Virus record (IMG/VR): IMGVR_UViG_3300036987_000332
Coordinates: 1 to 60,853 of that record
Direction: 5' to 3' (one strand)
Length of the DNA stretch: 60,853 nucleotides
DNA from: a virus
Lineage: Duplodnaviria > Caudoviricetes
Made by a program: the position numbers and the translations under genes. A model generated the notes under the pieces. The model did no database searches, was not told where the DNA came from, and worked only from the letters and a program-made list of their open reading frames with translations. Of the stretch, positions 29,291 to 39,174 are shown in pieces; within the stretch, counting starts at the first letter, position 1, and the number at the start of each line of letters is the position of its first letter.

Positions 29291-29854
29291 TCAGAACACC
29301 TCCACACGGTACGGCGACAGCAGCGCGTGCACAGAAAACGCCGTCTGGTCCTTGGCCGTGCCGGTCGCTTCGCGGTTTTCGTACCAGTGCCCCACCAGTA
29401 GGAGCATCGCCTGGCGGATTGGCTCCGGCAGAACTGCATGCCCGGCGACGAACCGGATCCGGATGGGAGATGCGGGATATGGCGTGAACACCGGCCAGGA
29501 CATGCCATACACAGGCAGAACCCGGCCGGGTTCACGATCTGTATCCACGAGGTAATTGGATGTTGGTAAAATCGTCTCCGTTCCAGTGCTATCCTTGTAC
29601 CCGATCTCCATAACGCTCCGAATCGGCGGGCATGGCAGCAGAATTGGGCTGTTGACGGAGAACCGGTCCAGATACACTTCCAGTGTCTGTTCGGCCAAAG
29701 CGCGGCGGGTGAAATTCTCACAATACGCCCTGGCTGTCTTGACCAGGCTCAGGAGCAGATCGTCCTCGGTTTGTTCTTCCGGAAGGCGAAGGTGCTGCCT
29801 GACCTCGACCAGTGCAACCGGTTCTGTTTCGATCGGGGTGATTATTTTAACCAT
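29291..29854 (-). CDS. Head-tail connector (gp6-like)
   Basis: EPVAL.EVRQHLR…DDLL, RQAMLLLVGHWYENRE. Confidence 0.9.
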   Translation of the reverse strand: MVKIITPIETEPVALVEVRQHLRLPEEQTEDDLLLSLVKTARAYCENFTRRALAEQTLEVYLDRFSVNSPILLPCPPIRSVMEIGYKDSTGTETILPTSNYLVDTDREPGRVLPVYGMSWPVFTPYPASPIRIRFVAGHAVLPEPIRQAMLLLVGHWYENREATGTAKDQTAFSVHALLSPYRVEVF

Positions 29855-29887
29855 CAGGCGAGCACCTTCCTCTCAGAAATTTTTTGA

Positions 29888-30109
29888 TTACGAATCAGCC
29901 ATCAGGCCGGCCGCGATCAGTTTTGCCAGGAGTGCGTTAAAGTCGGCGACCAACCCGGCGATCGTGGTCGCTTCGCTGTTGGCCTGGAATGCCGCTGGTT
30001 TGAGCTGTGTTCCAGCAATGGTCAGCTTGCCGCCGGTAGCGATGTCCAGTGTTCCCCCAATGACGGTTGTTTCGCCGCCCTGTTCGGTGTAGTTTTTTAC
30101 GTTACTCAT
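29888..30109 (-). CDS. Head fibre/decoration protein
   Basis: KNYTEQGGE.TVIGG, DFNALLAKL.AAGLM; directly after the capsid gene. Confidence 0.75.
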   Translation of the reverse strand: MSNVKNYTEQGGETTVIGGTLDIATGGKLTIAGTQLKPAAFQANSEATTIAGLVADFNALLAKLIAAGLMADS

Positions 30110-30120
30110 GCGTTGTCACC

Positions 30121-31317
30121 TCACGCTTTCATCTGCAGGACCTGGATGGCCTCTACCAGGACCAGCTTGCCGTCGACGCGCTGAGTGGCTCTGAAACCCA
30201 CCTGGCCAGTAGCGGCAAACAGCTCGTTCAGGCGCTGGAAAGATCGGCCCTGACGATCCGCGATCCAGTAATAGCTGAAGTCACCGAAGGCGATGGCCTT
30301 GGCGGCGGCAGTCATGGTGGGTACATATGACGAGGTCTTGAGCGGACGGTTGAGGATGGTGTCGGGTGTGCCTGCCTGCAGTGAAGGCTGCCACAGGTAC
30401 TGGCCAGCACCGTCCTTGAGTTTACGGATGACCTTGACGGTTGCTTCGTTCATGGTGAACACAGCATTTCGCCGATACGGCGATTTCAGGGCATAGTACA
30501 GGTCAATAACCTCATCGGCTGTGACGGCTGTGCTGCTGACAGACGTGATACCGACCGTTGCGCCACCAGTTGCATTGAAAATGCCGGTGGGCTTGCCTGT
30601 GCCATTACCGATGAAGAAGGCCTCTTCTTCCTTGGTACCGATGCGTCGGGCAAACTCCCGGGCGATGTACCCTTCCAGATTGAAAAAGCTGTCGTTTAAA
30701 AGCTCTTCCGAGACCTTGATCATCGTTGCCAGCTTGTTCGCGCCGATAGAGACCTGGTCGAACACGTCGTCGGCATCGGGAATCTGGCCTTCCTCATCCA
30801 CCCAGCTGGCGGTACCTTTCGAGGCGACGACAGGGATCTTGCGGTCGCCGGATGCTGTGTAGATCACCCGAGCCAGCTGGCGGAAGATGTTTTCTTCCTG
30901 CAGTGCCTCGACCAGCGTGCGCTCAAACTCGTCAGGGACCAGGTACCCGCCTTCTGAATCGGTGCCTATCTGCAGGGCGTTCTGGACATCGAAGGCGTTC
31001 TTACTACGCATGACACGCCAGAACGCGGATTTGTACTCATCTGAGGCGCGGCCGGTCTTAACGTCGGTGCTGGCAGCGTGTGGCTGGTTACGAATCGGGG
31101 TGTTTACCGGCTTACTGAGTTCAAGGTCCAGCGCCTGCTGGCGCTCAAGACGGTCGATCTCCTTACCAAGACTGACGACATCTGCTTCCATCTTTTCGTA
31201 CACGGCTGTGTCCTCGGCGCTGATCAGGCCGTCGGTGCCGTGCTTGCTGTCGAGGAACGCTTTTGCTGCATCCCAGGCTTTGGCTCTTTTTTCACGTAGG
31301 TCTAAAATCTTGTTCAT
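30121..31317 (-). CDS. Major capsid protein, HK97 fold
   Basis: GGYLVPDEF, SEELLND, F..G.G.GKP.G, LKD..GQYLWQP, FGDFS.Y. Confidence 0.95.
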   Translation of the reverse strand: MNKILDLREKRAKAWDAAKAFLDSKHGTDGLISAEDTAVYEKMEADVVSLGKEIDRLERQQALDLELSKPVNTPIRNQPHAASTDVKTGRASDEYKSAFWRVMRSKNAFDVQNALQIGTDSEGGYLVPDEFERTLVEALQEENIFRQLARVIYTASGDRKIPVVASKGTASWVDEEGQIPDADDVFDQVSIGANKLATMIKVSEELLNDSFFNLEGYIAREFARRIGTKEEEAFFIGNGTGKPTGIFNATGGATVGITSVSSTAVTADEVIDLYYALKSPYRRNAVFTMNEATVKVIRKLKDGAGQYLWQPSLQAGTPDTILNRPLKTSSYVPTMTAAAKAIAFGDFSYYWIADRQGRSFQRLNELFAATGQVGFRATQRVDGKLVLVEAIQVLQMKA

Positions 31318-31332
31318 GTGTTTTGGCCCTCC

Positions 31333-32049
31333 TTAAGGCTGAATCAAATAGAGCCGCTTTTCCAGCGACTCAATCGTGTGGGTGGGTTGTTCTTGGTTTT
31401 CTTTGGGTTTAGGTCTGGGCGGCTGTCTGGGCAGCTTACTGAGGAGCGAGTTGGTAACCGCAGCACGGCTGAAGATCAGTCCCGGGCTTGTGTCTTGTGG
31501 CTCGCCTGTGAACATGATGCTATCGGCAAAGCCAAGCTCGACAGCCTTGTTGGCGTTCATCCAGGACTCTGCGTCCATGAGGTGTGAAAGCTTGGCGCGT
31601 GACAGCCCGGTTTTCAGCGCATACGCATTGATGATACTTTCTTTAACTTCATCCAGCAGCGCTTTGGCCCTGAGCATTTCCTCGCTGTCGCCGATCGCGA
31701 TTGTGGCGGGATTATGGACCATGAGCATTGAGACCGGCGACATCTGCACCGTGCTCCCGGCCATGGCTATTACCGACGCGGCACTGGCAGCGATGCCGTC
31801 GATTTTCACGGTGACGTGGCCGGGGTAGTCCATGATCATGTTGTAGATTTGCGCTGCAGCAAAAACATCACCACCGGGTGAGTTGATCCAGACGGTGATA
31901 TTGCCGCTGCCGGCCAGTAGTTCGTCCTTGAACAGTTTCGGTGTGACCTCATCACCCCACCAGGTCTCCTCAGCGATAGGGCCGTTCAGGTAGAGGGTGC
32001 GCTCTGCACCGTCACTGTCGCGTACCCAGTTCCAGAATTTATTTTTCAT
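31333..32049 (-). CDS. ClpP-type prohead protease
   Basis: INSPGGDVF, GIAASAASVIAMAG, MVHNP, AVELGFAD. Confidence 0.93.
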   Translation of the reverse strand: MKNKFWNWVRDSDGAERTLYLNGPIAEETWWGDEVTPKLFKDELLAGSGNITVWINSPGGDVFAAAQIYNMIMDYPGHVTVKIDGIAASAASVIAMAGSTVQMSPVSMLMVHNPATIAIGDSEEMLRAKALLDEVKESIINAYALKTGLSRAKLSHLMDAESWMNANKAVELGFADSIMFTGEPQDTSPGLIFSRAAVTNSLLSKLPRQPPRPKPKENQEQPTHTIESLEKRLYLIQP

Positions 32050-33269
32050 TCGTTTTGTTCCTCCTTCGTTTCGTAAAATTTCCCTGATTTTGAAAGCGGC
32101 AACATATTGCCATTGACCAGATACAGGTCACCTCCGAGTTCGGCCGGGATAAGGTTCATGTTTTCAAGCTCCCGTATGTCATTACTGGAAAGCCAACCAT
32201 TCTGGCGGCCGGTAGCATAGCCTTGCATACGGCTGGCATAATCACCTCGCAGCAGTCCGTCCAGGTTGAATCGGACAAAGTACTGCTGCTTTTCTGATGT
32301 GGAGAACAACGCTTTCTGGATTGACATTTCCCAGCGGATCACCCACGGGTCGAGCGTGTACTTCACGAACTCCAGCGACTGCTGCTCAATGTTGGAAAAA
32401 CTGGACTTCTCCAAGTCAGCCAGCATATGAGGGGGAATTCTAAAGACACGGGCGATCTCGTTGATCTGGAATTTTCGCGTCTCCAGAAACTGCGCCTGTT
32501 CGGGGGGGATGCCGATCGCCTGGAATTTCATGCCCTCCTCCAAGACTGCCACCCGGTGGGCATTGGAGCTGCCCTGATACACAGCGTTCCAGCTTTCGCG
32601 CACGCGTTTCGGGTCCTTCACGACGCCGGGGTGTTCCAGGACACCGCCGGGGTTGGCACCATTAGCGAAAAATGATGCGCCATATTCCTCGGTGGCGATG
32701 GCCATGCCGATCGCGTTCTTGGCCATCGCTATCGGGGAGTAGCCGATCAGGCCGTCAAACCCCAGGCCGGGGACGTGAAGCACATCCTCCCGGCGAAGCG
32801 AATACACACCGCGATCGGTCCTGTACTGGTAGATGATCTCGCCGCCAGCGGCACGGTCGACCGTCATCTTGTCCGGCAGCAGCGGGTAGAGGGATAGGAT
32901 CTGACCGCGACCATCCCTGATGATCTGAGCATAAGCGTTGCCCCACAGGAGGAGATGACTCATAAGGGTTTCACGGAACACGAATGAAGTCATCTCGGAA
33001 TTGGGCTCGTTATGCAAAAGATAATACAGCGGGTGATCCAGCGCTTTTTCCTTACCGCGGTCGGTGTAGCGGTAGGTGTGAAGTGGTAGGCTAGCGATAG
33101 TCTCCGCCAGGATCCGGACACAGGCATAAACGGCTGTTGTTTGCAAGGCAGTACGCTCATTGACAGCCTTGCCACTGGATGTGCTGCCGAAGTAAAAGCT
33201 GTAGGTGCTGCCTGGCAGTATGTTTTTCGGCTTGTCGCGGGCTTTGAAGATGCGATTGAAGATAGTCAT
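32046..33269 (-). CDS. Portal protein, HK97 family
   Basis: VYACVRILAE, LLLWGNAY, G.SPI, IARVFRIPP; start MTIFNR. Confidence 0.95.
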   Translation of the reverse strand: MTIFNRIFKARDKPKNILPGSTYSFYFGSTSSGKAVNERTALQTTAVYACVRILAETIASLPLHTYRYTDRGKEKALDHPLYYLLHNEPNSEMTSFVFRETLMSHLLLWGNAYAQIIRDGRGQILSLYPLLPDKMTVDRAAGGEIIYQYRTDRGVYSLRREDVLHVPGLGFDGLIGYSPIAMAKNAIGMAIATEEYGASFFANGANPGGVLEHPGVVKDPKRVRESWNAVYQGSSNAHRVAVLEEGMKFQAIGIPPEQAQFLETRKFQINEIARVFRIPPHMLADLEKSSFSNIEQQSLEFVKYTLDPWVIRWEMSIQKALFSTSEKQQYFVRFNLDGLLRGDYASRMQGYATGRQNGWLSSNDIRELENMNLIPAELGGDLYLVNGNMLPLSKSGKFYETKEEQNE

Positions 33270-33324
33270 TGAACGCCTCCTGCTTGAAATAGAGTTTGGA
33301 TTATTTTTTGAAGGTGTTTTGTTG

Positions 33325-34944
33325 TCAATACATATCGAAAACGAGCAGCCCTCTTTCATCATAAATAGAACCGCTGACGCCTGCGCTGCCATTCCTCAGA
33401 GCCCTATCCAATGCCATGATCGTCGCCACCGCACCGTCGATCCGTTCGGTTGATTTCTCCTTGTCTGGCTTGATGTTACCGGCCGGGTCCGTGCGTACGT
33501 AAATGTTATCCATCATCCAGCGAAGAACCGGGTGACCACCATGGGCTAACTTACCCTCGAGCGTCAGCTTCATCAGTTCCTTTGTCGGCGGCGACATGTC
33601 CTTGAATCCCTGGCCAAACGGCACAACTGTGAACCCCAGACCCTCGAGGTTTTGCACCATCTGGACTGCACCCCAGCGATCGAACGCGATCTCGCGGATG
33701 TTATATCTTGTACCAAGCTCTTCAATGAATCGTTCAATAAAGCCGTAATGCACCACATTACCTTCAGTGATTAAAAGGTACCCTTGTTTCTTCCAAAGGT
33801 CATATTGAACGTGGTCTCGCCTTACCCGCAGATCGATATTATCCTCCGGCATCCAGAAAAACGGTAGGACACTATATTTCTCATCCTCATCGGTTGGCGG
33901 ATACACGAGTACAAACGCCGTGATATCAGTTGTGGATGAAAGGTCCAGCCCACCATAACAGACTCTACCTTCCAGACTCGATGGGTCGACCGGGAATGCA
34001 CAGGCGTCCCACTTGGCCATCGGCATCCAGCGCACGGACTGTTTGACCCATTGGTTCAGGCGTAACTGGCGAAAGCTGTTCTCTTCGGCTGGATTCTGCT
34101 TGGCAGACTCGCACGCAGCTTTAACCTTGTCGATCGCGACTGTTATGCCCAGGGATGGGTTTGCTTTCTTCCAGACCTTGGGATCGGTCCAGTCATCATT
34201 TTCCTTTGCACCATAGATCACTGGGTAGAACGTAGGGTCGTGCTTCCGACCTTCCAGAATATCCAGCGCTTTCTGATGTGTCTCATAGCAAATGCTGTTC
34301 GTATCCGAGCCGGCCGTGGTGATTAAAAAATAAAGCGGCTGCATCCTGGCATCACCGGAACCTTTGGTCATGACATCAAATAACTTCCGGTTGGGTTGGG
34401 TATGAAGTTCATCAAATACAACACCGTGGATATTAAATCCATGTTTTGAGTAAGCCTCTGCTGACAGCACCTGATAGAAGCTGTTGGTTGGTAGGTAGAT
34501 CAGTCGTTTGGTTGAAGCAAGTAACTTGACACGTCTGTTCAAAGCAGGGCACATCCGCACCATATCAGCAGCCACCTCAAAAACGATTGATGCCTGCTGG
34601 CGGTCCGCAGCGCAGCCATAGACTTCCGCACGCTCCTCCTTGTCACCGCAAGTCAGGAGCAACGCAATCGCTGCCGCCAGTTCGCTTTTGCCCATTTTCT
34701 TGGGGATCTCGACATAGGCCGTATTGAACTGCCGATAGCCGTCGGGCTTCAAGATGCCAAACACATCGCGGATGATCTGCTCCTGCCAGTCGATTAGTTC
34801 AAAAGGCTTACCTGCCCAAGATCCTTTGGTGTGAGCCAGTGCCTCAATAAAGGAAACAGCGTAGTCGGCGGCAGCTTTGTTGTATACGGAACTCAATACC
34901 ATGAATGGAGTCGGTTTGTAACGCTTGAGTTTTCGTATTGTCAT
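33325..34944 (-). CDS. terL: Terminase large subunit
   Basis: EIPKKMGKS Walker A, VFDELH, GLDLSSTTD, RIDGAVA. Confidence 0.95.
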   Translation of the reverse strand: MTIRKLKRYKPTPFMVLSSVYNKAAADYAVSFIEALAHTKGSWAGKPFELIDWQEQIIRDVFGILKPDGYRQFNTAYVEIPKKMGKSELAAAIALLLTCGDKEERAEVYGCAADRQQASIVFEVAADMVRMCPALNRRVKLLASTKRLIYLPTNSFYQVLSAEAYSKHGFNIHGVVFDELHTQPNRKLFDVMTKGSGDARMQPLYFLITTAGSDTNSICYETHQKALDILEGRKHDPTFYPVIYGAKENDDWTDPKVWKKANPSLGITVAIDKVKAACESAKQNPAEENSFRQLRLNQWVKQSVRWMPMAKWDACAFPVDPSSLEGRVCYGGLDLSSTTDITAFVLVYPPTDEDEKYSVLPFFWMPEDNIDLRVRRDHVQYDLWKKQGYLLITEGNVVHYGFIERFIEELGTRYNIREIAFDRWGAVQMVQNLEGLGFTVVPFGQGFKDMSPPTKELMKLTLEGKLAHGGHPVLRWMMDNIYVRTDPAGNIKPDKEKSTERIDGAVATIMALDRALRNGSAGVSGSIYDERGLLVFDMY

Positions 34945-34971
34945 CGCCGCCTTTCCTAGGTTCTGGGATTA

Positions 34972-35000
34972 AAAAAGAGCCTCTGTTGAAAGCTCTTTTT
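34972..35000. terminator. Bidirectional-type terminator closing the moron
   Basis: AAAAAGAGC-N11-GCTCTTTTT. Confidence 0.6.
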
Positions 35001-35107
35001 CATCCTATGAATGTACATTTGGCAAAGGTACTACCTCTTGTACACTTTTTACAAGTAATCGTTAAATGATAGGTATTAGTTCTGGTAATGCATATAACCT
35101 ACGATTG

Positions 35108-35947
35108 TTAATTGTCTTTCTCCAACACATAGATGATATTCATTCCACAATCAAGCGTTCCTTGCATTTTAGTAAAAGCAATTTCTTTTTCTATAATCAA
35201 TCTCCAAAATTCCTTATCCTGTCTGGCATTTTCCAATGCAGCATCACCAGCCTGCGTAAACAATCCTGCAGAACTCCGTTCTTTTATAAAGACAGGAAAA
35301 CTGGCGAATAAGGCGTCCATTTCTGAGCTTCTCATTATATGGACATAGTGCTTACTAGGGACAGGATAATGTTCTTCGTCTTGTATTCCCGTATTAAATA
35401 CCCACTTTGTAGCTTCAAGTCCAAATTGATCCTTTTCATATCTAATACCATCGAGATAATAAAGTGATGCACCGATAAAACTCATAGCACCCACAATTAA
35501 TGTGCCGCCAGGCTTTAATACTCTTAACATTTCATTTATGCCGTCTTTTTCTTTGTCTAAAAGATAGTTTATTACACCACCTATGCAAACGATGCAATCA
35601 AAAGAGGAATCTTCAAAAACTCCCATATCCAGTACATCTAATACGTGAAATTCCCTAATTGCATCAAATAACGATAGTTCTTTCATTTTTGATTTATTAA
35701 ATTCGATCTGATGTGTTGATATATCTGCTACAACTAGTTCTTTGCACATTTTAACAATATCTTTTGTATATCGTCCGGAACCAGCACCTATTTCTAAAAC
35801 TCTGTCATTTTGGCTGATATACCGCTTTAACAAATCAAAATGCACATGGTAAAGAAGTTCTCCATGCCCGTCTTTTTCAAGACGAGTCCATTCACGTTCA
35901 CCATAATTATCATATCTGTTTTTTGGAATTTCGGGGTTGTAACTCAT
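35108..35947 (-). CDS. Class I SAM-dependent methyltransferase (moron)
   Basis: VLEIGAGSGRYT, FDCIVCIGG, RVLKPGG; AT-rich. Confidence 0.88.
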   Translation of the reverse strand: MSYNPEIPKNRYDNYGEREWTRLEKDGHGELLYHVHFDLLKRYISQNDRVLEIGAGSGRYTKDIVKMCKELVVADISTHQIEFNKSKMKELSLFDAIREFHVLDVLDMGVFEDSSFDCIVCIGGVINYLLDKEKDGINEMLRVLKPGGTLIVGAMSFIGASLYYLDGIRYEKDQFGLEATKWVFNTGIQDEEHYPVPSKHYVHIMRSSEMDALFASFPVFIKERSSAGLFTQAGDAALENARQDKEFWRLIIEKEIAFTKMQGTLDCGMNIIYVLEKDN

Positions 35948-36071
35948 TAAAGCATCTCCTTATCATTATTAGATTTATAATCGGCATAATGTCACTAATA
36001 TCGCTTTCGCTCATACAACCACCTCCTAAAATAGAAATAATGCGTATATTCTATCTTACAATATTGTAAAC

Positions 36072-36103
36072 CCACCATCAACCGTTTTATCAAGTGATGG
36101 TGG
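36072..36103. promoter_or_regulatory. Inverted repeat CCACCATCA-N14-TGATGGTGG flanking a TTGATA box (operator or terminator)
   Basis: Between the XRE-TPR gene and the methyltransferase; the minus strand reads TTGATA-N19-TACAAT. Confidence 0.5.
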
Positions 36104-36130
36104 TTTCTTTGCCTTTGAATATCACATTGA

Positions 36131-36772
36131 TCAAACATCTTCGCCTAGAGCAATGGTCTTCAAATAGTCATCAATTTCCGTTTGGGTTAGTTCGTTATTC
36201 AACTGAGTGAGTATTGTCTCACGGCTTTCGCGCATATGTGGTAAATTTTGTGCTACGGTTATTGCCTTTTTCTTATCACCGGTTTTTAAATATATGAAAC
36301 ATAATGCTGCACGAGTCGTGTGTCGTACCTTTTCCGATGGATTTCCAGACAGAACCCGTTCACATAACGTTACAGACCGCTTTAGTTTATCTGGATCTGA
36401 GTCGAACGATATTGCTAATGCTAATTCGGACATTAGGCTCTCATCATTAGGAAAAGTCTTTAATGATTCTTCAAGGAGCGCCGCAGCCCTCTTATGATCG
36501 CCTGATCGTAGGAAATCATGTTCAGTCTTATAAATAGCAGTTCTTGCTTCCGCGTCATTGATTTTATCCATACCGATCAATGTATCAATGCTTGTTTTAA
36601 AGAGGTTGGCAAGTGCTGGCAATAGTGTAATATCCGGATAGGTATCTCCTCTTTCCCATTTACTAACACTCTGTGGCGTCACACAGAGCATCAGCGCAAC
36701 ATCTTCTTGGGTTAATCCCATCCCTTTTCGATGTATTTTTAGATTTTCAGCAATAAATAGCATACTGTTCAC
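36131..36772 (-). CDS. XRE-family HTH regulator with TPR-like C-terminal domain (moron)
   Basis: LTQEDVA…VTPQSVSKWERG.TYPDI; helical repeats. Confidence 0.88.
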   Translation of the reverse strand: MNSMLFIAENLKIHRKGMGLTQEDVALMLCVTPQSVSKWERGDTYPDITLLPALANLFKTSIDTLIGMDKINDAEARTAIYKTEHDFLRSGDHKRAAALLEESLKTFPNDESLMSELALAISFDSDPDKLKRSVTLCERVLSGNPSEKVRHTTRAALCFIYLKTGDKKKAITVAQNLPHMRESRETILTQLNNELTQTEIDDYLKTIALGEDV

Positions 36773-36933
36773 TCCCTCGTTATTGATTGACCGGTCATGT
36801 ATAGATTAGTTTATAATAGCGAGACAAACAATAACGCGCTACGTTAGATAAAAACAACCTGAAGGTGAATACGCGCTTTTTTAATATCAGCGCAATCGAA
36901 TGGAATCCTTGTCGTGCGTATACTGTAGCTAAA

Positions 36934-37146
36934 TCAGTTGTACTTTTTCAAAATCGCTTCCAGGATCGCGCGGTCCTCGTCCGTCTGTGGCTCCAGGTCC
37001 CAAGCGCGATCGTAGCTGATGATCTCGCGGCCGTCGCGCCGGACAGAAATTTTTGATACTTTACCTTCTTCGATTCCATAAATTGAAGGAGAATCGTATT
37101 GTTTAACCCAGTATTCGCAGCCGTCTATTTTTCCGTTTTTCCACAT
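36934..37146 (-). CDS. Small conserved phage protein
   Basis: MWKNG…YWVK.Y…S.YGI..G.VSK…YDRAWD..P; RBS AGGAGG. Confidence 0.75.
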   Translation of the reverse strand: MWKNGKIDGCEYWVKQYDSPSIYGIEEGKVSKISVRRDGREIISYDRAWDLEPQTDEDRAILEAILKKYN

Positions 37147-37175
37147 TTTCTTGTCCTCCTTGGCTTTCCTTAGTG

Positions 37176-37206
37176 TATATATCACTCTACGCAAGACTAA
37201 TAGCAA
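37176..37206 (-). promoter_or_regulatory. Motif A: TTGCTA-N12-AGAGTGATATATA
   Basis: Repeated before four genes. Confidence 0.7.
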
Positions 37207-37285
37207 GCCAATAACGCTTGAATTACTACACAAATAACAACACCAGAATGTGTTCATTAGACGATGTCAATTCAGTATGTGCTAA

Positions 37286-37726
37286 TCAGGATAGTTCAGC
37301 TGATGCTGTCACCGCTTCGTTTAAGTAGCGAGTATCAAACCCAGCGTGTGTGTAGCCGTCCTTTATTGTCTTGAAATATGCAGGATTCGGTCTGCCCAGT
37401 CTTCTTCCCGGGTTCATGATGTATACCATCGCTTCAAGCGATTCGGAATCATGACGGATCTTCAGGTATTCCTTGCGATAAAGGTACGGAAATCCTTCAT
37501 AGTGGTCCAGAGCATCCTCATCCGCAGGCTCCAGTTCCCAAAGCATAACCGGCACCGCTCCACGCGCATATTTTTCAATCGTAGCCACCGCGCCGTTATC
37601 CAGCCCACGAAACAGCAGCCGGAATCCTTTCAAAAATGAATTGCCAACGGGCCTAGCGGTCGAGCACCGTCGCTGCATCTGTTCGAGGTTGATGTTGCTG
37701 CCGTAAGCTATGTACAAAGTCTTCAT
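37286..37726 (-). CDS. Gamma-glutamylcyclotransferase (AIG2/GGCT-like)
   Basis: YIAYGSNIN..QM..RC, LDHYEG.P..Y. Confidence 0.9.
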   Translation of the reverse strand: MKTLYIAYGSNINLEQMQRRCSTARPVGNSFLKGFRLLFRGLDNGAVATIEKYARGAVPVMLWELEPADEDALDHYEGFPYLYRKEYLKIRHDSESLEAMVYIMNPGRRLGRPNPAYFKTIKDGYTHAGFDTRYLNEAVTASAELS

Positions 37727-37741
37727 GGTCTATCTCCTCCT

Positions 37742-38608
37742 TCACGCTGCTCGCGTTTGACGCCATGCGCTGTTACCTTCAAGATTAGCCAGTAGGTGGA
37801 GTCTCGCAGTCTTGAACTCGTCACCGATCAGGCCTAAGCGAAGCAGCCAAGTACGGAAGGTGTATTTGTCATTTGAGGTCTTAGTCTTTCTCTTGCTGGC
37901 CGAGGTCTGGGTCAGTGCCTGGTGGCTGATCGCCAGGCAAAACTGGATGTAAGCCTTAATCTTGCCCGCGTGTGCGAGTGTGGAGTTGAACATTCTGAAC
38001 TCGATCGTTCCTTTCTGGAAAACGCTATGCAGGTTCAATGCGTGGTACCGGCTCTCGTGGTAGTGCTGCCAGCTGCCGTCATTACCGTTGTACCAGAGGT
38101 TCTTGACCGCTGCAAGGGTTTGTGGCTTTTTACGGTTGATATCTTCAATGAAAGCGTCGTCTACCTTTTTGCAGAATCGGCGTGCTCTGTCCTCGTCCAC
38201 CTGCAAGGCCTTGAAGATCAAATCTTCTTTCGCCGTCATGATGTTGGCGATGTTGCGAATGCTCTTGGCGGAATGCGGTGCGGAATTGATGTGAATGTGG
38301 ATCCCGCAGGAGTTGTTTGCCTTGCCGCCGGCGGTGCGGAGTTTTCTCACCAGTTCCTGGATTGTCTCGATGTCGGCGTATTGGCAGATCGGGCTTACCA
38401 GCTCGCACTGCTCGCCGCCTTCCACCCGGATGCTCGCGTCCCGAACGATCTTCCAGTTGCGGTCTTGGCCGTCGGGGATTTTGTAGGTGTCGTAGGCGTC
38501 GCGGATAGCATTGTAGGTCGTTCCGAAGTGAGCGCTGAGGGTCTCAGCGGCTGTCTTGCGAGTGATCCCGGTAAACTCGATCTCGATTCCGAAGTTCTGT
38601 TTTTTCAT
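37742..38608 (-). CDS. Amidoligase (COOH-NH2 ligase type 2)
   Basis: FGIEIEF, D.SI, ELVSP, SCGIHIH, RYHALN, TIEFRMFN. Confidence 0.9.
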   Translation of the reverse strand: MKKQNFGIEIEFTGITRKTAAETLSAHFGTTYNAIRDAYDTYKIPDGQDRNWKIVRDASIRVEGGEQCELVSPICQYADIETIQELVRKLRTAGGKANNSCGIHIHINSAPHSAKSIRNIANIMTAKEDLIFKALQVDEDRARRFCKKVDDAFIEDINRKKPQTLAAVKNLWYNGNDGSWQHYHESRYHALNLHSVFQKGTIEFRMFNSTLAHAGKIKAYIQFCLAISHQALTQTSASKRKTKTSNDKYTFRTWLLRLGLIGDEFKTARLHLLANLEGNSAWRQTRAA

Positions 38609-38645
38609 GTTGGTGTCCGCCTCTCTTGTGTGTTTTTCGTTATGC

Positions 38646-38676
38646 TATATATCACTCTAAAGCACAGTTATAGCAA
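38646..38676 (-). promoter_or_regulatory. Motif A: TTGCTA-N12-AGAGTGATATATA
   Basis: Upstream of the amidoligase. Confidence 0.7.
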
Positions 38677-38747
38677 CGAAATACAACGAGAAAGACGGCC
38701 TGCAATGTGTAGAATACTAGGCCTATATTATGTCTATATTACGATCA

Positions 38748-38933
38748 TTATTCCAAAGAACGATCGCCATAAAGGATGAATCGAACATACTCCCCACGGT
38801 TTTCTTCGATGAAAAGCACTAGCTCGAAAAAGCCCCGATTAAAAGCTTCGTGCTGCACATGACGGGTGTCAATCATATTGGCAACAGCTGAATCGCGAAT
38901 AGCCAAAATTTGGTCCTTGATCTTGTCAGTCAT
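38748..38933 (-). CDS. DUF5049-like small protein
   Basis: IKDQILAIRDS..NM.D…VQ..A…F.ELV.FIEE…Y..FILYG. Confidence 0.75.
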   Translation of the reverse strand: MTDKIKDQILAIRDSAVANMIDTRHVQHEAFNRGFFELVLFIEENRGEYVRFILYGDRSLE

Positions 38934-39174
38934 CGTCAGCCTCCTTGACCTTCACCGCATAATCCTCACCGTACACCACGCCAAGGTTGGAACCGCAATC
39001 CCATCTCGTGTGCAGAGTGCCGGTATCATCACAAAAAATAACGGTCCCGCGGTCGCCGGGCTTTAGTTTGGAATACGGATCGTTCATCCTGACCAACTCC
39101 ACTCGTGTGCCAGCCGGGAATTGCTGCCGTAACTGTTCAATAATTGCCTTGGATGGTAGTTTATTCATGGTCAT
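38926..39174 (-). CDS. DUF4314-like protein
   Basis: P.GTRVELV.M.DPY…G..GTV…DD.G…WD.GS.L. Confidence 0.8.
   Translation of the reverse strand: MTMNKLPSKAIIEQLRQQFPAGTRVELVRMNDPYSKLKPGDRGTVIFCDDTGTLHTRWDCGSNLGVVYGEDYAVKVKEADDD

Noticed and set aside
18763-31828. Many long plus-strand ORFs antisense to structural genes (e.g. 19564-20340, 26083-26619)
   Set aside because: Shadow frames of GC-rich, repeat-coding genes; no RBS or recognisable motifs.
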